DNA from: Eimeria praecox
Lineage: Eukaryota
Assembly (NCBI GenBank): GCA_963920595.1
Contig: OY986950.1
Coordinates: 1,922,001-1,986,000 of the forward strand
Length of the DNA: 64,000 bases
Direction: 5' to 3'
A model generated the notes under the pieces. The model saw only the letters and a program-made list of their open reading frames with translations, was not told where the DNA came from and did not search any database. The translations under genes were made by a program, and so were the position numbers. The stretch's first letter is position 1. Each line of letters begins with the position of its first letter. Shown here one piece after another: positions 53,153 to 64,000 of the stretch.

Positions 53153-53248
53153 AGTCCCTGCAGAAGTGTTGCTGCGGATTGCAGCAGCAGTAATGTGTGC
53201 TCTGCGTGCAATGGAAATCGCGGGCAGCAGCAGCAGCAGCAACAGCAA

Positions 53249-53298
<50 letters not shown>

Positions 53299-53821
53299 CG
53301 ACGGCGCGAGATTCACCTACATTCCCCACAGCGTTTGCTGGTCAGCTGCTGTTGCTGTTGCTGCTGCTGCTGTTGCTGCTGCTGTGGCTGTTGCTATTGC
53401 TGCTGCTGTTGCTGCCCCGGCTGCTCACGATATGCAGGAACCGCGCGATCGTGCTGCTGCTGCTGTAGCTGCTGCTGCTGCTGTAGCTGCTACTGCTGTA
53501 GCTGCTGCTGCTGTAGCTGCTGCTGCTGTAGCTGCTGCTGCTACTGTAGCTGCTGCTGCTTCTCTAGCTGCTGCTGCTATTGCTGTTGCTGCTGCTATTG
53601 CTGTTGCTGCTGCTGTGCTGCAGATTTGATGTTGAGAGCTTCAAAAGAAAATATGCTGAGCAGCAGCAGCAGCAGAGAACTGCTGCTGCTGCAGCTAACA
53701 GCTGCAGCAGGAGGAGCTGCCTGTACACCCGAAGGAGACAGTGTTAATTATGCCTTCCCTTCAACATCAGCTGCTGCTGCTGCTGCTGTAATAGATGTTG
53801 ATGCTGCTGCTGAAGCGTCCT

Positions 53822-53859
<38 letters not shown>

Positions 53860-53910
53860 TCTTCCTGCTGCAATCAAACTTGGCCTGGGGGCTGCTGCCC
53901 CTTTCCCCCC

Positions 53911-53947
<37 letters not shown>

Positions 53948-54015
53948 AGGCATTGAAGGATCTGCTGTTGCTGCTAAGAAATGTGGTAAACATAAACAGC
54001 TCCTCTGCTGCAGCA

Positions 54016-54050
<35 letters not shown>

Positions 54051-54288
54051 GGCAGCAGCACCTGCTGCTGCTGCTGCTCCTCCTGCAACAGCAGCAGCAG
54101 GTGCAGCAGAAGCAGCAGCAGCAGCAGCAGCAAATGCTGCAGCAGAGGAGCTGTTAGATTGCTGCTTGCTGCAAGATAAGGTGACAGGAGTGTGGGGTTT
54201 GTTTGCTTCCTTCGATAAAGCAGTCTGCTGCTGTACAGACACCTGCAGCAACACGGCTGCCAGCAGCAGCAGCAGCAGCAGCAACAGA

Positions 54289-54319
<31 letters not shown>

Positions 54320-54757
54320 ACAACTCGCTGCTTTACACCCAACACGCGAAACCTCCAGCCGCTGCAGCAGCAGCAGAAACCACAACAACAGCAGCAGCAA
54401 CAGCAGCAGCAACAGCAGCAGCAACAGCAGCAGCAACAGCAGCAGCAACAGCAGCAGCAACAGCAGCAGCAACAGCAGCAGCAACAGCAGCAGCAGATAG
54501 TAAATTGAATTTGGTGTTTGTGCTGCTGGATAGCAGCAGCTGTCTTACCCCTGTCCCCTACATCTCAGACCTCCGTCTGCAGCTGGGGGAGCAGCAGCAG
54601 CAGCAGCTGCAGCAGCAGCAGCTGCTGCAGCAGCAGCAGCAGCAAAGAAGCAATAGCAGCAGCAGGCGGCTGCTGCAGCGCTACCGAGAAGACGTTGCAG
54701 AGCCATCTCCAGCTTTGTTCTTGCTGTCTGACAAGCAGCAGCAGCAGCAGCAGCAAG

Positions 54758-54792
<35 letters not shown>

Positions 54793-55018
54793 GGGCAGCA
54801 GCAGCAGCTGCTGCAGCAGCAGCAAGGTGAGTTGTAGCGCGCTGGTCGCTTAATATCAGCTTCCTGAGTCTAACACTACACTCTTCGTGCTGCTGCTGCT
54901 GCTGCTGCTGCTGTTGGTGTTTGCTGCTGCTGCTGCTCCTACTCGTGCTGCAGCTGCTGCTGCTGCAGCAGCAGCTGCTGCATTTGTTCTTGCTGCCGCT
55001 GCCGTGTCAGTCGGACTT

Positions 55019-55073
<55 letters not shown>

Positions 55074-55290
55074 AGCAGCAGCAACAGCAGCACCAACAGC
55101 AGCAGCAGCAGCAGCAGATGTTCTATGTTTGTTTGCTCAGGCTTGTCTTCCCTTCCTAACATTTTCGTTGTTAGTATCAATAATTTAATAATAAACACAA
55201 AAATAAAAATAAATAATAAAATAAAAATAAATACAAACATAAAAATAAATACAAACATAACTACTGTTCTTGTATACGATGAAGCATGGT

Positions 55291-55323
<33 letters not shown>

Positions 55324-55409
55324 ACGCAGCAGCAGCAGCAAACGCAGCAGCAGCAAATGCAGCAGCGTCAGGGGGCTCAAAAGCAACGAGCAGCGGCAGC
55401 AGCAACAGA

Positions 55410-55458
<49 letters not shown>

Positions 55459-55621
55459 GCAGCCCTTCACTTCATAATATAATAGCAGCAGAGAGGGTTT
55501 AGGGTTTAGGGTTTAGGGTTTAGTGTGTTTTGTGTTCGGGTGTATCTGCAGGTCTTTCTTAGAGAGAAACGTAAGAATGAAGCAGCTTCAAGACATCATA
55601 CACAATATAATAAAACAATAA
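48777..55621 (+). CDS. Large multi-exon helical-repeat protein with many homopolymer insertions; possibly RAP-domain / organellar RNA-binding type
   Basis: Coding blocks 48777-50093, 50353-~51577, 51895-52188, 52554-~53340, ~53624-54827, ~55141-55288 and 55552-55621, with splice motifs. Repeated helix-pair-like units (MNPWQLAVTAQALNKL, FSPQLAH). The C-terminal VLVYDEAW|SFLERNVRMKQLQDII resembles a RAP-domain end. The family call is inference. Confidence 0.55.
52194..52447 (-). repeat. Intronic telomere-like (AAACCCT)n array
   Basis: About 250 bp of perfect and degenerate AAACCCT starting a few bases after a donor site. Confidence 0.9.
55495..55523 (+). repeat. Short (TTTAGGG)n in the last intron of the 48777-55621 gene
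   Basis: About four heptamers. Confidence 0.85.
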
Positions 55622-55703
55622 ACACAAAGCAGCAGCAGCAGCTGCTGCTGCTGCAGCAGCAGCAGCAGCAGCGGATGGTTCCTTGTCTCTGCAGCAGCAA
55701 CAG

Positions 55704-55735
<32 letters not shown>

Positions 55736-55844
55736 ACAGCAGCAGCAACTGCTGCTGCTGCTGTTAGAACAGATTTTGTTTTTTTCGAGTTTTGTTTGTC
55801 TCCTTGTTTTTCTCTTCTATTCATGCTCCTTTATATCTACCTGA

Positions 55845-55905
<61 letters not shown>

Positions 55906-56016
55906 CTGCTATTGCTGCTGCGATTGCTGCTGCTGCTGCGATTTTCTTCGGTTATTTATATTACCGCTGTCTTTACGAAGCGAAGAAGACAAAAATAAAT
56001 AAATAAATAAAATAAA

Positions 56017-56053
<37 letters not shown>

Positions 56054-56338
56054 AAATAAACAAATAAATAAAATTAATGAATAAATGAATGAACTTAAAT
56101 ACACAAAATTAAATAAATATATAAAATTATATACGTAATTCGATTATATAAATAAAATAAATAAACATACAAATAAAATAAAATAAAATAAAACAAAATA
56201 AAATAAAATAATAAAATAAAATAAAATAAAATAAAATAAAATAAAATAAAATAAAAAATAAAATAAAATAAAATAAAATAAAATAAAATAAAATAAAAAT
56301 AAACAAAATATTAAACTAGAAGTAGCAGCATAAGTTTA

Positions 56339-63844
<7,506 letters not shown>

Positions 63845-63878
63845 TGTCACGTCCAGCAGCAGCAGCAGCAGCAATTGC

Positions 63879-63916
<38 letters not shown>

Positions 63917-64000
63917 TTGCTGTTGCTGCTGCTGCTGTTTCTACTACTACTGCCTCGCTTGTTGTGCTGACTCAGCTGCTCCTTCAAACCCTGCTGCTGC

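Overview
This is eukaryotic genomic DNA from an Eimeria-like coccidian (Apicomplexa). The evidence is abundant CAG/CTG tracts, TGCATGCA octamer arrays, interstitial AAACCCT/TTTAGGG heptamers and GT-AG introns. The window passes from a short repeat-rich stretch (1-4.2 kb) to a repeat-poor segment (~4.4-26 kb) and then a long repeat-rich segment (~26-64 kb). Left to right it holds: (1) a single-ORF putative membrane-anchored protein (2075-4168, -); (2) a heavily decayed Ty3/gypsy chromovirus retrotransposon (~5.7-8.3 kb, -); (3) a very large multi-exon minus-strand gene with an N-terminal signal peptide (9791-33253; roughly 5,000 aa if all exons join; no family recognised); (4) head-to-head with it, PCH2/TRIP13, with a GC-AG first intron; (5) a small probable mitochondrial protein with telomere-like repeats in its introns; (6) NADH-cytochrome b5 reductase; (7) a low-complexity hypothetical gene; (8) a probable helical-repeat/RAP-like protein; (9) VPS53. 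Most short ORFs in the supplied track are artefacts of microsatellites. All exon structures were derived by hand and are not confirmed by transcripts.
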